The position numbers were made by a program, and so were the translations under genes. A stretch of DNA of 64,000 bases, taken from IMG/VR virus record IMGVR_UViG_3300045988_135485; one strand, given 5' to 3'. The stretch is from a virus. How positions within the stretch are numbered: position 1 is the stretch's first letter; every line of letters starts with the position of its first letter. Shown piece by piece: positions 18,968 to 28,593 of the stretch. The notes beneath the pieces are model-generated. The model saw nothing but the letters and a program-made list of their open reading frames with translations, did no database searches and was not told where the DNA came from.

Positions 18968-19400
18968 TCTTTTTCTCCTTTTGAAATTCCTTTAAACGCT
19001 CATAATCTACCAGAGCTTCTTTAAAAAATACCAAGCGGAACTCAGGTGTTTCGCCTAAACATTCTTTAATGAAAGCATTAACTCCTGAATCAATTTCTGC
19101 TCTTAAAAACGAAGTGAAAAGGTTTTCATACAAAACTAATTCCTCAGCAAGTCTATCAATTACTTGGTCTCTTCTATTTTCTAGCTTTGTATCCATCATA
19201 GAATATGCAGTTTCAAGCGTAATCTTTTCTCCAGTTCTATAAAATCTAGCCGACTGTGTTCCCGGATACACGTCGAACTCCAAGCTACTACAGCGATAAA
19301 CACCTTCAGTTTTCTTTACTAAAAGGTCTTTATACTTTGGTAAATCGTACTTTTCAAAAGATTCTCTCAAAAGCTGTTTCGTTTCTCTACTAAATTGCAT
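18960..19400 (-). CDS. hypothetical protein
   Basis: 146 aa ORF. Confidence 0.45.
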   Translation of the reverse strand: MQFSRETKQLLRESFEKYDLPKYKDLLVKKTEGVYRCSSLEFDVYPGTQSARFYRTGEKITLETAYSMMDTKLENRRDQVIDRLAEELVLYENLFTSFLRAEIDSGVNAFIKECLGETPEFRLVFFKEALVDYERLKEFQKEKKNG

Positions 19401-19732
19401 TATTTTTCTCCTAAAATACTTCTAATTAACATTACGATTTTGAATCCGTTGGGGTCATTCTCCACAGCAGAGGCAATATAGGCTATTACCTCTTCTTTAG
19501 TTAAGTCCAACCTCATTTTCGGCTTTATTTTAAATCGTTTTTTACAATAATATTTGCTCCAATATTCTTTGGCTTTTTTACGTTTATATAAATCTACACT
19601 ATCTGGTACTTTAAATATCCTCCTAGTTCTTTTAGCCAAATTAACCATAAACCACCAATGCCGTTCAGCATAAGCTTTTTCTTCTAACAGTTCGCTAATT
19701 TTCTCACGAAAGCAATCTATCTGGTAAAGCAT
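19400..19732 (-). CDS. hypothetical protein
   Basis: 110 aa ORF. Confidence 0.45.
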   Translation of the reverse strand: MLYQIDCFREKISELLEEKAYAERHWWFMVNLAKRTRRIFKVPDSVDLYKRKKAKEYWSKYYCKKRFKIKPKMRLDLTKEEVIAYIASAVENDPNGFKIVMLIRSILGEK

Positions 19733-19815
19733 AGTTCCAATTAAATGGTCATTTTCATAAGCAACCGAACCCTTTAAAGCTTTCTTTTTCTGCTTCTAAT
19801 TTCTCTTCCCAATAT

Positions 19816-20340
19816 TTAATCAAGTCTAAATTTGTCATAATGGGTTCCTTTCTCAAAAAACTCAACCAGCTCTTCTATAGTACACGGTATTTTTTTAGTT
19901 TTGTTCCTAAAATTATACCGGTGGTAGGCTAATAAAATCTTATTATAGTTAAGGCCATTATCAGAACAATATTGTCGTAAAGGTTGACCTTTATAGTATA
20001 ACTTTATCTGGTTTTTTCGCCTATTTTTATACTGTTCTCCGGCTATAAACTCATCGACGAACTTTTCAATATTCAGGTCGTTATTTTTTTTTCTTTCCCT
20101 TATAAAAACAGCCATAATATAAATATAATCCAGTTTGTTTTTCATACAGTAAGAATAAAAGGTCTGGCCTTTATACATAATTTTCTTACGATTTCTGTAC
20201 TCCTGATAGGCTTTTATAGCTTCTTCCAAAGACATCCCCTCTGCCATTCGAGATTGTATCCCAGAATAATTAAATCCGTTATATTGGCAGTATTTTCTTA
20301 TACTCATTTTATTTCCGTCTTTTAATACATAAATCGTCAT
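19816..20340 (-). CDS. hypothetical protein with three internal repeats of about 45 aa (YKGQ..Y.YC..N.L.Y)
   Basis: 174 aa ORF. Confidence 0.45.
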   Translation of the reverse strand: MTIYVLKDGNKMSIRKYCQYNGFNYSGIQSRMAEGMSLEEAIKAYQEYRNRKKIMYKGQTFYSYCMKNKLDYIYIMAVFIRERKKNNDLNIEKFVDEFIAGEQYKNRRKNQIKLYYKGQPLRQYCSDNGLNYNKILLAYHRYNFRNKTKKIPCTIEELVEFFEKGTHYDKFRLD

Positions 20341-20573
20341 TAGTAACCTACCTTTCTAAACTTCCTTAAGCTCTGCATAATCCACCAACTGTTCTTCTGA
20401 AGGTCTCTTAAAGATTTAATGTAGAAACCTCCTCCTTGCCTAACTGCAATCTCATCCGTTTCTTTGGAAAACACTACTTCCCACCGCTGGTATCTCATAT
20501 TCCAGTTTACGTCTATTACATAGTCTGATGGCAATAGTTTCTCGAAAAAAGTCTCGATTCTCTTTCTCATCAA
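20340..20573 (-). CDS. hypothetical protein
   Basis: 77 aa ORF. Confidence 0.4.
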   Translation of the reverse strand: MMRKRIETFFEKLLPSDYVIDVNWNMRYQRWEVVFSKETDEIAVRQGGGFYIKSLRDLQKNSWWIMQSLRKFRKVGY

Positions 20574-21904
20574 TAACCTACCTTTCTACTGTCTTCCTGT
20601 TTACGTTTAATAATATCCCACAAGCGATGCTCGACCTTAACATCGTAGAACAATCTATACACTCTGACAGGATATTTACGCCCGCCACGATCGGCTCGCT
20701 GTATTGCCTGTTTCCAGTTGCTGTCCTTATAATCAATGCTGACAAAGATAACAGTATCAACGTGTTCCCAGTTAAAACCGACAGCCATTGTTTCTGGAGA
20801 ACCAATTACTACATCCAGCCTACCAGCTCGGAAATCTTGGTCAATTTTGCTTCGATTTTTACCGGAGATGGACCCGTTAATTAACCCTGTCCTCAGCCCA
20901 TATTCTTCGCACAGTTTAACGAGACGTTCCTGTTCAGCAGTGAATACTGAAAATATTAGGAGCGGCTTCCCAGAATTTTTAGTATCTTCGAGGTGAACTT
21001 TAAGCATCTCGTCTTTTCCAAGATAAGGAATCCCTTCCAATCCTATGCTTTCCGGTGCTTCTAAAATTTGACGACATCTCATTTGGTGAACGCCTCCGGA
21101 ACCGGAATCGGTTAAGTAATTATCTTCCAATTCCAACAATGCTTTATCCTCAAATTCCTCATAGGCGTTGAGGTGAACTTTATCCATCCCACATTTTTCC
21201 GGAATTATAATCGGTTTTGGAGAACCTTTATAAGCTTCCTCAAAAGTCATTGCTACTGCTTCGCGAGCTAAAATCCTCTTAATCTTAGCATGATTTGTCC
21301 ACTCGATAACTGTTCCAAAATCGTCCGTAATTGCGTGCTGATAAAGGAAGTTTTTATAACTGGCATAATATCTAGGCTCAATGACACGGATTGCGGGATA
21401 AGCTGAAGAAAGACGGCCGTCGATTAACGTTCCGGTCATTCCCAGAAAAAATTTTACCCTATTCATTGCTCCGTAAAAACTTTGGGTTCTTTTACTGTCG
21501 TTGGTCTTATACCCCATGTGAAATTCATCGACAACTACACCGTTAAATTCTTTCGGAAGTTTTTGCCATTCGCGAGAGAAACAATCGAAACCCATCAGGA
21601 AAACTTTCACTTTCGGGTTTGCGTAAATTTCCTCTCTCTTCTTTGGAGTACCATCAACAACAGCTACCTCTTCAGGAAGAAAATCTGTAAATCTAAGAAG
21701 TTCGTCATAGTTCTTCTTCAGGAGGGATTTAGGCATAACAAATGCTACAATGGCTTTTTCTATTCTATTCAAATACTGAATATACAAACAAGCTGTAGGC
21801 GTTTTTCCTGTCCCCGGATGGGACAAATTTAACGACCGCTTCTTTGCTATATGGAAAGCTAAATGAGCGCTTTGATACGGTCTTAAAGTAAACCCTTCTA
21901 CCAT
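20570..21904 (-). CDS. SNF2/DEAD-like superfamily-2 helicase
   Basis: 444 aa with Walker A GTGKT, DEFH box (VVVDEFHMG) and C-terminal helicase motifs. Confidence 0.8.
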   Translation of the reverse strand: MVEGFTLRPYQSAHLAFHIAKKRSLNLSHPGTGKTPTACLYIQYLNRIEKAIVAFVMPKSLLKKNYDELLRFTDFLPEEVAVVDGTPKKREEIYANPKVKVFLMGFDCFSREWQKLPKEFNGVVVDEFHMGYKTNDSKRTQSFYGAMNRVKFFLGMTGTLIDGRLSSAYPAIRVIEPRYYASYKNFLYQHAITDDFGTVIEWTNHAKIKRILAREAVAMTFEEAYKGSPKPIIIPEKCGMDKVHLNAYEEFEDKALLELEDNYLTDSGSGGVHQMRCRQILEAPESIGLEGIPYLGKDEMLKVHLEDTKNSGKPLLIFSVFTAEQERLVKLCEEYGLRTGLINGSISGKNRSKIDQDFRAGRLDVVIGSPETMAVGFNWEHVDTVIFVSIDYKDSNWKQAIQRADRGGRKYPVRVYRLFYDVKVEHRLWDIIKRKQEDSRKVGY

Positions 21905-21927
21905 TTTAATCTCCCAAGACTTTATTA

Positions 21928-22353
21928 CTAAATCTTAAAAGCTGATGTCTCTTCAAATTGAGCTTCAGTCGCTGTTTTAAGTATCATCCAAACATTTACA
22001 CCGTAATAATCGGCAATTTTTATCAAATCAAGCAAGGTCAAATCTATTGTCCCTCTTTCAATCTGATTCAACTTCGTTGAAGTGATGCCGATTTCAGCGG
22101 CTACAAATGCCAGCGGTTTCTTAGCCCGGAAATTTCGTTCCCAAGCCAGTTTTTCTCCAAGGGCGGCGTGTAACTTAGTAAGGGGCATACGACTGATAAT
22201 CTTTTTATTGCTGTTTGATTTCAAAGGCAGATTAAGTCTTTTGGCGAGATTGTATGGATATGTTCTCGAAGTTCCAAATTCTTTACTGATTTCACTAGCA
22301 GTTCTTCCGTTCTTAATCCACTCGATTATTTTATCTCTATATTCATTAAGCAT
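21928..22353 (-). CDS. XRE-family HTH transcriptional regulator
   Basis: 141 aa with LNQIERGTIDLTLLDLIKIADYYGV. Confidence 0.65.
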   Translation of the reverse strand: MLNEYRDKIIEWIKNGRTASEISKEFGTSRTYPYNLAKRLNLPLKSNSNKKIISRMPLTKLHAALGEKLAWERNFRAKKPLAFVAAEIGITSTKLNQIERGTIDLTLLDLIKIADYYGVNVWMILKTATEAQFEETSAFKI

Positions 22354-22672
22354 TATTCTCTCCTAATAAATTTTTGAAACTAGACGATTGAAGATGATAA
22401 GCCAAAATAGATTCCTTTTGACCGAGATAAATCTTCAGGTCTTCTCTCAGTTTCTCAACTGCTTCAACATTCCCATTGTTAGCAAAGGCTCTTAACCATG
22501 CATACATTTCCGGAATCATTCTAATTAATTCTTTCGAAAAATCATCCTCAGTTTTAGCCAAGTACACTTCTTCTCCAGAAACTTTTAACCAACCGGGGCG
22601 GGCTAGGTTTTCTACCAACTCCATTTTAGATATTAGTTTTTGGATATTTTCACAACTATACGTTTCTGGCAT
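22346..22672 (-). CDS. hypothetical protein
   Basis: 108 aa ORF. Confidence 0.45.
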   Translation of the reverse strand: MPETYSCENIQKLISKMELVENLARPGWLKVSGEEVYLAKTEDDFSKELIRMIPEMYAWLRAFANNGNVEAVEKLREDLKIYLGQKESILAYHLQSSSFKNLLGENNA

Positions 22673-22886
22673 TTCTCGGTCTCCCTAATTCTCTTTTATG
22701 AACTTTCTTTACCCGCCAGTCGAACTCCGGCTGGTGTTTTTCTTTAAAATAAAGCTGTTTTAAGACAACTTTATTTTGTCCTATGGTAACTGTTTGAAAT
22801 GAAATATCTTTAACAGTTAAAAAGTTTTTCTCTTTTCCAATCCAAACATAATCTCCAATCTCGACTTCTTTTCTCTCTTCAGCCAT
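22656..22886 (-). CDS. hypothetical protein
   Basis: 76 aa ORF. Confidence 0.4.
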   Translation of the reverse strand: MAEERKEVEIGDYVWIGKEKNFLTVKDISFQTVTIGQNKVVLKQLYFKEKHQPEFDWRVKKVHKRELGRPRNARNV

Positions 22887-22910
22887 TTCCCGTCCCTTTC
22901 TATTCTCCGA

Positions 22911-23285
22911 TTACTTATAACTAATATCAAAAGATGGTTTAGTTTCATTAACAATTTCTTCCATGGATAAACCTGGAATATTCTTTCCGATTGTATGAGA
23001 ATATTCATACTTAACCGGTCGTTCTCCTTCCGGCATATGCCATACCATTTCCCAGCCAGTTTCTGATAACTTATAGGTAATATGTCTGGTCATTTTAATC
23101 GTAAACCGTCCAACTTTAAATTGTTTTGAGGTCTTATCCTCATCAATCATATCCCCGTATCTTTCGAGTAAAGATTTCTCCATTTCAACCCGAACTGCCT
23201 TTACGTCATTTTCGGTTTTCTTTTGATTCACATAAGCTTCCAAGAAAGCTTCGTCATCATATTCTACATCTCTAAATTTAATCAT
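22911..23285 (-). CDS. hypothetical protein
   Basis: 124 aa ORF. Confidence 0.45.
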   Translation of the reverse strand: MIKFRDVEYDDEAFLEAYVNQKKTENDVKAVRVEMEKSLLERYGDMIDEDKTSKQFKVGRFTIKMTRHITYKLSETGWEMVWHMPEGERPVKYEYSHTIGKNIPGLSMEEIVNETKPSFDISYK

Positions 23286-23286
23286 A

Positions 23287-23754
23287 TTAATTCTCCTTAA
23301 AATCTAATGGGACAGGAATTTCCGGACTTCCGCTCAGATATACTGGACGGATGTAAGAACTTCTGGCTATTTGAAAAATCCGATTGTAGTTACTTTGTAA
23401 AGTTATCCCGTATATCATTAACGGAAGAGCATTCGTTAATGATAAAAGGTAAAGCAATCGGGACGGGGTGGGAAGAAAGCCGGCATAGATAAAAGTCAAT
23501 TCCGGCCTTACTTCCAACCCTTTTGGAATTAAGTTTTGCATAACTTCAAAGCTTTTTCCCTCGGATTTTTCCGGTATATACAGCAACCGTCTCCATTCTA
23601 CATAGGTATTTTCATTTAAACCTTTATGTGGACACAGCAGCTTTTTGGACGGTTTTTCAAAGGGGCAAAGCTCGTTTAATTCAGTATCAGGTTCAATAAA
23701 GAATCTGATACCTTCATAATCACGAACACCCCAATATGAAACGTCCATACTCAT
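23287..23754 (-). CDS. hypothetical protein
   Basis: 155 aa ORF. Confidence 0.45.
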   Translation of the reverse strand: MSMDVSYWGVRDYEGIRFFIEPDTELNELCPFEKPSKKLLCPHKGLNENTYVEWRRLLYIPEKSEGKSFEVMQNLIPKGLEVRPELTFIYAGFLPTPSRLLYLLSLTNALPLMIYGITLQSNYNRIFQIARSSYIRPVYLSGSPEIPVPLDFKEN

Positions 23755-23945
23755 TAAATAATATCTCCTTTTAAAGTTATTCCATACTTCTTACAAAGTT
23801 CGTCCATTCTCTTAGTTTCTGACCTGTCATACTGTTTCCAAAGCTCCACCAACTCGTCTAAGTTTTTTAGCCTTTCCTTAAGTTTCTGGTCTTCTAAGTT
23901 TTTCTTAAACTTGTAAAAATCATAAATTATACATTTCTCTGGCAT
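23754..23945 (-). CDS. hypothetical protein
   Basis: 63 aa ORF. Confidence 0.35.
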   Translation of the reverse strand: MPEKCIIYDFYKFKKNLEDQKLKERLKNLDELVELWKQYDRSETKRMDELCKKYGITLKGDII

Positions 23946-23987
23946 TATATCTCCTTTTAAAGGAATTATACTATGTTTATTAAAACG

Positions 23988-24539
23988 TCAACAACTTTTT
24001 TCAAAAATATTTCTTACCACTGCTTCATTTTCTTTATCAACTCCAACAAAATGTTTTGAAATCTCGTCCAACTTTTTTTGACAATCTTCTTGAGAACCAC
24101 AGATTATCTTCTCAGATTTCAAAAGCTGGACTTCTCTACCCTTCTTTTTCAGAAGATTAGCAACAACCACATATTTAAAAGCTGCTTTCAATACTTGAGG
24201 TTCCTTTACTTCAAGTCCATCTAAGTCAGTCAGTTTATAGATAAACATATCTTCTCCGTTTATGGTTAAAACAGGAAGAACGTCCACACCTAGGTTAGGA
24301 TAATAAATTGTAGTTTTATCTTCGGGTTTTTCTACAAATTCAACATCAGTAATATTTAAGCTCGGGTCTTCCATTGAATCACCGACAATATCGTATGCCA
24401 GACTAATATCTTTTCCGTTTCTTTCTACAGTTATGGAATAGACACAATTTCCTTTTTGACAGCCCTTTACAAGTAATTTTTCCTCTCCGAGATAAACAAA
24501 ATCTCCTTCCCGGATTATGTTCATAATTGCTTTTTCCAT
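23988..24539 (-). CDS. hypothetical protein
   Basis: 183 aa ORF. Confidence 0.45.
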   Translation of the reverse strand: MEKAIMNIIREGDFVYLGEEKLLVKGCQKGNCVYSITVERNGKDISLAYDIVGDSMEDPSLNITDVEFVEKPEDKTTIYYPNLGVDVLPVLTINGEDMFIYKLTDLDGLEVKEPQVLKAAFKYVVVANLLKKKGREVQLLKSEKIICGSQEDCQKKLDEISKHFVGVDKENEAVVRNIFEKSC

Positions 24540-24562
24540 TTTGGTCTCCTTTCTTGCCTTGT

Positions 24563-24612
24563 TTTCTACTTTACTTTCTACTTTACTTTCTTTTCTATTT
24601 TACTTTCTTTTC
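24563..24612. repeat. tandem CTACTTTACTTTCT-type repeats
   Basis: Read directly. Confidence 0.5.
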
Positions 24613-24801
24613 GATATAATACCAAATTAAAACGGCTGTTTGGTACTTATCAATATTACGGAATTGAACCGACTTCACGTCAGGATACTTTTCTGTAAGG
24701 TCATTAAACTCCTGTTCAAAGTTTTTAGTCAAATTTAATTTTTTGACTTTTAAGACCTTTTTTACTTTCGTCTCCGATTCCTTTTTTACATTTCCAGACA
24801 T
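24595..24801 (-). CDS. hypothetical Lys-rich protein
   Basis: 68 aa ORF. Confidence 0.35.
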   Translation of the reverse strand: MSGNVKKESETKVKKVLKVKKLNLTKNFEQEFNDLTEKYPDVKSVQFRNIDKYQTAVLIWYYIEKKVK

Positions 24802-25199
24802 ATTTCTTCTCCAAAATTAGGTTCTTGTTTTACAATAAAAATCTTTTCAGCTTTCATATCATTACTGATATTTTCTTCTTCCAAGATTTCCTTCCACTCT
24901 TTAGCTTTATCACAAGCTTTTTTATAAGTTAAATCTTTTTCTACAATCATCATGTGTTTCTTATTCCGGTATTTCAGAACCAGAAAATAAAGACTTTTCT
25001 CGTCCTTTCGCTTATAAGGAGAAACATCCTCAATAATTGAGGCCAGTTCGGCTGGCATTTCATCTTCATAAGAAGTATTAATAATAAGACCTTCTTCCCT
25101 ATAAATTTCTTTAGCTTCCTCCTTGGAATTAGCCTCAACAACATATTTTACAACTGCATTGATTTTTTGTGATTGTCTACAAGTAACTGTCCACTTCAT
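24786..25199 (-). CDS. hypothetical protein
   Basis: 137 aa ORF. Confidence 0.45.
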   Translation of the reverse strand: MKWTVTCRQSQKINAVVKYVVEANSKEEAKEIYREEGLIINTSYEDEMPAELASIIEDVSPYKRKDEKSLYFLVLKYRNKKHMMIVEKDLTYKKACDKAKEWKEILEEENISNDMKAEKIFIVKQEPNFGEEICLEM

Positions 25200-25408
25200 A
25201 TTTCCTCACCTTTTATAATTGTTAATTCACAACAATCTCTAAGATATTCTACAGCCTCTTCCAAACTATAATTGGGACAACAAGCTAGTCTGGATTCGGG
25301 AACGAACTCAAGTTGGTCTTTATAATTTTCCTCCTTAGCATATTCAATTAACTGGTTTTCAGTAAAACACCCTTTATACTTATCATAATCAATTATGAAG
25401 TATAACAT
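25196..25408 (-). CDS. hypothetical protein
   Basis: 70 aa ORF. Confidence 0.4.
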   Translation of the reverse strand: MLYFIIDYDKYKGCFTENQLIEYAKEENYKDQLEFVPESRLACCPNYSLEEAVEYLRDCCELTIIKGEEI

Positions 25409-25427
25409 ATTATTCTCCTTTCAATTA

Positions 25428-25479
25428 CATCCTTACATAGCACCCTTACATAGCACCCTTACATAGCACCCTTACATAG
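25428..25479. repeat. tandem 13-bp repeat CACCCTTACATAG x 4, intergenic
   Basis: Read directly. Confidence 0.6.
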
Positions 25480-26011
25480 CGTCAATCTTTGCAATCAATT
25501 CTCTGGCTCTTTCTTCGGTCATATTTTCTTCAGATTCAAACTCTTTTATAATCTCCAATGCTTCAGGATTCGCTACTATTCTTAATTCATAGTTCTTATC
25601 AAACATTCGACCTTCTCGAAACCAATCAAATAAAAGTGGCTCAGTTTCACCTAAATAATCCCTGATAAATTTTTCATCGTTCTCTGAAACAAAGGATGTA
25701 GAACTACCATCTGCGTCAGGCCAAGGAAAGTCATTGTCTCTCTGATACCCAATTTCCCGTTCGGCAAACTCTTCATAGGAAGCATTTTCGCCGTATTTTG
25801 CTGCCTCAATCCAAAAGTACCTATCTACATAATCAGTTGGATTTTCCTCTGCATCTTCCCATAAGGACTCAGCCCTGCTCTTAGTAATGTATTCAAGACC
25901 TATTCCTGTCGCACCTTTAAAGTCTCCATCCCAAAAAACGGCCTCGAGATATATAATTACATCATCATCATCTATACCAATTAAAATTTTATTTCTGCTT
26001 TCCAAACGCAT
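25472..26011 (-). CDS. acidic protein (candidate DNA mimic / anti-restriction)
   Basis: 179 aa, strongly Asp/Glu-rich. Confidence 0.45.
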   Translation of the reverse strand: MRLESRNKILIGIDDDDVIIYLEAVFWDGDFKGATGIGLEYITKSRAESLWEDAEENPTDYVDRYFWIEAAKYGENASYEEFAEREIGYQRDNDFPWPDADGSSTSFVSENDEKFIRDYLGETEPLLFDWFREGRMFDKNYELRIVANPEALEIIKEFESEENMTEERARELIAKIDAM

Positions 26012-26059
26012 AGCTAGTCTCCTTTCTTAAACAATCTCTTTTTTAAACAATCTCTTTTA

Positions 26060-26323
26060 TTAACCAAAAAACAATCCAGATTTAATTATAGATTTAAATT
26101 GGTAATAATACTCCTTAAATCGTTCATCATCTGATGCAATCTCTACCCAAAAAACTTCGTCTATATCCGAAGCATCATCAGAAGTCATTATAGCCCATTC
26201 TTCATACCGATACTCGTTATTAGCAAAACGAGCCAAAGTATCCATCGCTTTTAATGCCTTAACCCTATTAATCATTACCTTTTGTGTTACGTCTAAGCCC
26301 ATAATCAGTTCCCCCCTTTTCAA
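26060..26323 (-). CDS. hypothetical protein
   Basis: 87 aa ORF. Confidence 0.4.
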   Translation of the reverse strand: MKRGELIMGLDVTQKVMINRVKALKAMDTLARFANNEYRYEEWAIMTSDDASDIDEVFWVEIASDDERFKEYYYQFKSIIKSGLFFG

Positions 26324-26325
26324 AA

Positions 26326-26541
26326 TTAGTTCAAGTTTCCTTCCACAGCTATAATTTTTGGCTCGTCCGATTCAACTGCTTGATAAAATTCATCAACACA
26401 GGTTTCATCTAAGATTTCACTTTCATTGTACATACAACGCTTAGCTAGGTAGATAGCTTCTTCTGTTGAATCAGCCTCAACTTTAACTCTCCGTTTTCTG
26501 TACATTGTCTCTGTATATTCGGCATCAACTGTAAATATCAT
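26326..26541 (-). CDS. hypothetical protein
   Basis: 71 aa ORF. Confidence 0.4.
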   Translation of the reverse strand: MIFTVDAEYTETMYRKRRVKVEADSTEEAIYLAKRCMYNESEILDETCVDEFYQAVESDEPKIIAVEGNLN

Positions 26542-26759
26542 TTCTGGTCTCCTTTCACGATTTCATTTATATTCACGTTCTCATTCACGTTCTCATTCAG
26601 ATTCTCTTCCAGTTCGGCAATTCTTTTCTTAAGTTTATTCAAGTCCATTAAAACTTCAGAAAGAACCCTAACTAACATAATTGTAACATTTTGTCCGGTT
26701 ATTCGATTTATTTCTCCAGACAAAACCATTCTCAAAAGTTCACTACTATATTTATCCAT
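26538..26759 (-). CDS. hypothetical protein
   Basis: 73 aa ORF with NENVNENVN repeat. Confidence 0.4.
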   Translation of the reverse strand: MDKYSSELLRMVLSGEINRITGQNVTIMLVRVLSEVLMDLNKLKKRIAELEENLNENVNENVNINEIVKGDQK

Positions 26760-26762
26760 AGT

Positions 26763-27440
26763 TTATATTTTCCTCTCCAAAAATATTTCTTTCTTTTCCT
26801 CATCAACTGAATATTCAAAATATTCTCCGTCTTTATACAAACAAAGTCTTTCATATAAGCAGTCGTCAGCAAATGATACCAGTTCTTCTTCATAAAACAA
26901 ATTCCCAAATCTAGCCTCTTCCTCCTCCATTTTTGTAAGAAGATGGAACTCAAACATTACCTGCCATTTTCTAGTATCTTCCCACTCCTTAAATTCCTCA
27001 ATTTTATTTGGAACAAAGGAAATAAATCCACTATAACTAGTAAAATTATCTTTTAAATAGTTAGCAAATTTTTCTCCGTTTTCGAAATAACAGTAATTTT
27101 CTAAAGCTTCCTCATCAACTGTAACATTAGCTATAATCTTGTCATTTCTATAGTTATAGAACCGAGGAGAATCTATGTCAACAAACTCAAATTTTGTTAC
27201 GATATTTTTATCCAAATAATCGCTTAGTAATTCAACAGCCTTTTCTCCAACCTCCTTTTCAAAAGCTGAAAAATCGTCTATTTCCCATTCATACCCTTCT
27301 GGCATTTTAAAATCAGGATATTGTTCTGTTAAATAAAAAAGGCTATCACAGTTATATAAATTCGTTTCATAAAAACCTTGAAAAATCTTTGTAGACCAGC
27401 TTACATATTCAAAAGTAATCATTTTTCTATTCCTTTCCAA
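26763..27440 (-). CDS. hypothetical protein
   Basis: 225 aa ORF. Confidence 0.45.
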   Translation of the reverse strand: MERNRKMITFEYVSWSTKIFQGFYETNLYNCDSLFYLTEQYPDFKMPEGYEWEIDDFSAFEKEVGEKAVELLSDYLDKNIVTKFEFVDIDSPRFYNYRNDKIIANVTVDEEALENYCYFENGEKFANYLKDNFTSYSGFISFVPNKIEEFKEWEDTRKWQVMFEFHLLTKMEEEEARFGNLFYEEELVSFADDCLYERLCLYKDGEYFEYSVDEEKKEIFLERKI

Positions 27441-27907
27441 AAAATATCGTCCAAAGGGATTGTCTTTTTAGCTCTGGACAAAGCTATTGCTACTGCCGCT
27501 CTCATGTCCTCTCTTGTAGCCGGAAGAGGGTTATCTTCATTGAAGAGAACTAAATATCTTTCAAAACCTAGATTTTCGCAAACTTCCACGTCTATCAAGT
27601 CAACCAGCTCTTCAACCTCTTCCGGATTTGGAACTTGACTTAGAGAGGGGATAACTCTGTAATGCAACGGATGTACACAATAAGGGACACGACAAACTTT
27701 CCTCAACTCATATCCCGGAATAAGTACCCCCTCCTCTTTCATAGTTTTTTCCAAAGCTAATCTGATTTTAGACCGATTATGATTTTCAGGAACCCAATGG
27801 CCTTTATCTAAATTAACTTTATATGATTTTAAAGTTATGATATAATCCAAAAGAGGACTATGCTCGGGATTACGTACTGCATTTTCAACTGCATTCTCTT
27901 TAGACAT
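27419..27907 (-). CDS. hypothetical protein, possible HNH-like motif (CRVPYCVHPLH)
   Basis: 162 aa ORF. Confidence 0.4.
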   Translation of the reverse strand: MSKENAVENAVRNPEHSPLLDYIITLKSYKVNLDKGHWVPENHNRSKIRLALEKTMKEEGVLIPGYELRKVCRVPYCVHPLHYRVIPSLSQVPNPEEVEELVDLIDVEVCENLGFERYLVLFNEDNPLPATREDMRAAVAIALSRAKKTIPLDDIFWKGIEK

Positions 27908-28130
27908 CTTCGTTCTCCCTAAAATATTTAGCCTCGTTAGTATAAGCTTCTAATAAACTAGTTTCATCTAATTCTGGACAACGGCTTATATAATAGCTCT
28001 GTCCATCTGGTTGAAGCATATCTTTTCCAAATTTAACGGCCTTCTCTTTTGAATCAAATTCAAGAATATACTTCAAAAGCCAGTTTTCTTTAGGAGAAAC
28101 AATATAAACCGTCCAAGTCTTTTCAGTCAT
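27900..28130 (-). CDS. hypothetical protein
   Basis: 76 aa ORF. Confidence 0.4.
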   Translation of the reverse strand: MTEKTWTVYIVSPKENWLLKYILEFDSKEKAVKFGKDMLQPDGQSYYISRCPELDETSLLEAYTNEAKYFRENEDV

Positions 28131-28149
28131 GGTCTTACTCCTCTTTCAA

Positions 28150-28593
28150 TTATATTTTTGATTTTCTCGTATAGTGGTCTCTACTATACAAGAAATCCCA
28201 ATAACGACTCAACTCATCCAACATATTATACATAGTAAGTTCTAAAGTAGATGGATTTATTTCCTGACCGTTAATCCCCTCTTTTGGAGCAACAGTTAAA
28301 AAGAGATAATTACCATCTCCGTTATCTCTCCAATACTCATAAGAACTTACGTCATAGAAAAAATAAATACTGACATGACGTAATTCCACCTTTAGTTTAT
28401 CAGCTTTTTTATAAAAGGCATAATAACCTTTTTTATTAAAACAATCGGTTCTTAAATCTACTCTGAAATCAAAAATATCTTCACCATTTTCTTCATAAAA
28501 AACATCAACTTTTGTTGATAAACTATCGGCTAGAGCTTCCCAATCGCGGCTAGAAAATACTTTTTCAGTCATAATTTTACTCCTTTTCTTCAA
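28150..28593 (-). CDS. hypothetical protein
   Basis: 147 aa ORF. Confidence 0.45.
   Translation of the reverse strand: MKKRSKIMTEKVFSSRDWEALADSLSTKVDVFYEENGEDIFDFRVDLRTDCFNKKGYYAFYKKADKLKVELRHVSIYFFYDVSSYEYWRDNGDGNYLFLTVAPKEGINGQEINPSTLELTMYNMLDELSRYWDFLYSRDHYTRKSKI

Noticed and set aside
19755-19837. 27-aa reverse-strand ORF in the 19733-19815 gap
   Set aside because: Its start lies inside the 3' end of the upstream gene and it is very short. It is probably spurious.
25428-25479. Tandem 13-bp x4 repeat considered as a CRISPR-like or ToxI-like RNA array
   Set aside because: The repeats are contiguous with no spacers and far shorter than type III antitoxin repeats of about 36 nt. No adjacent toxin-like gene is present.
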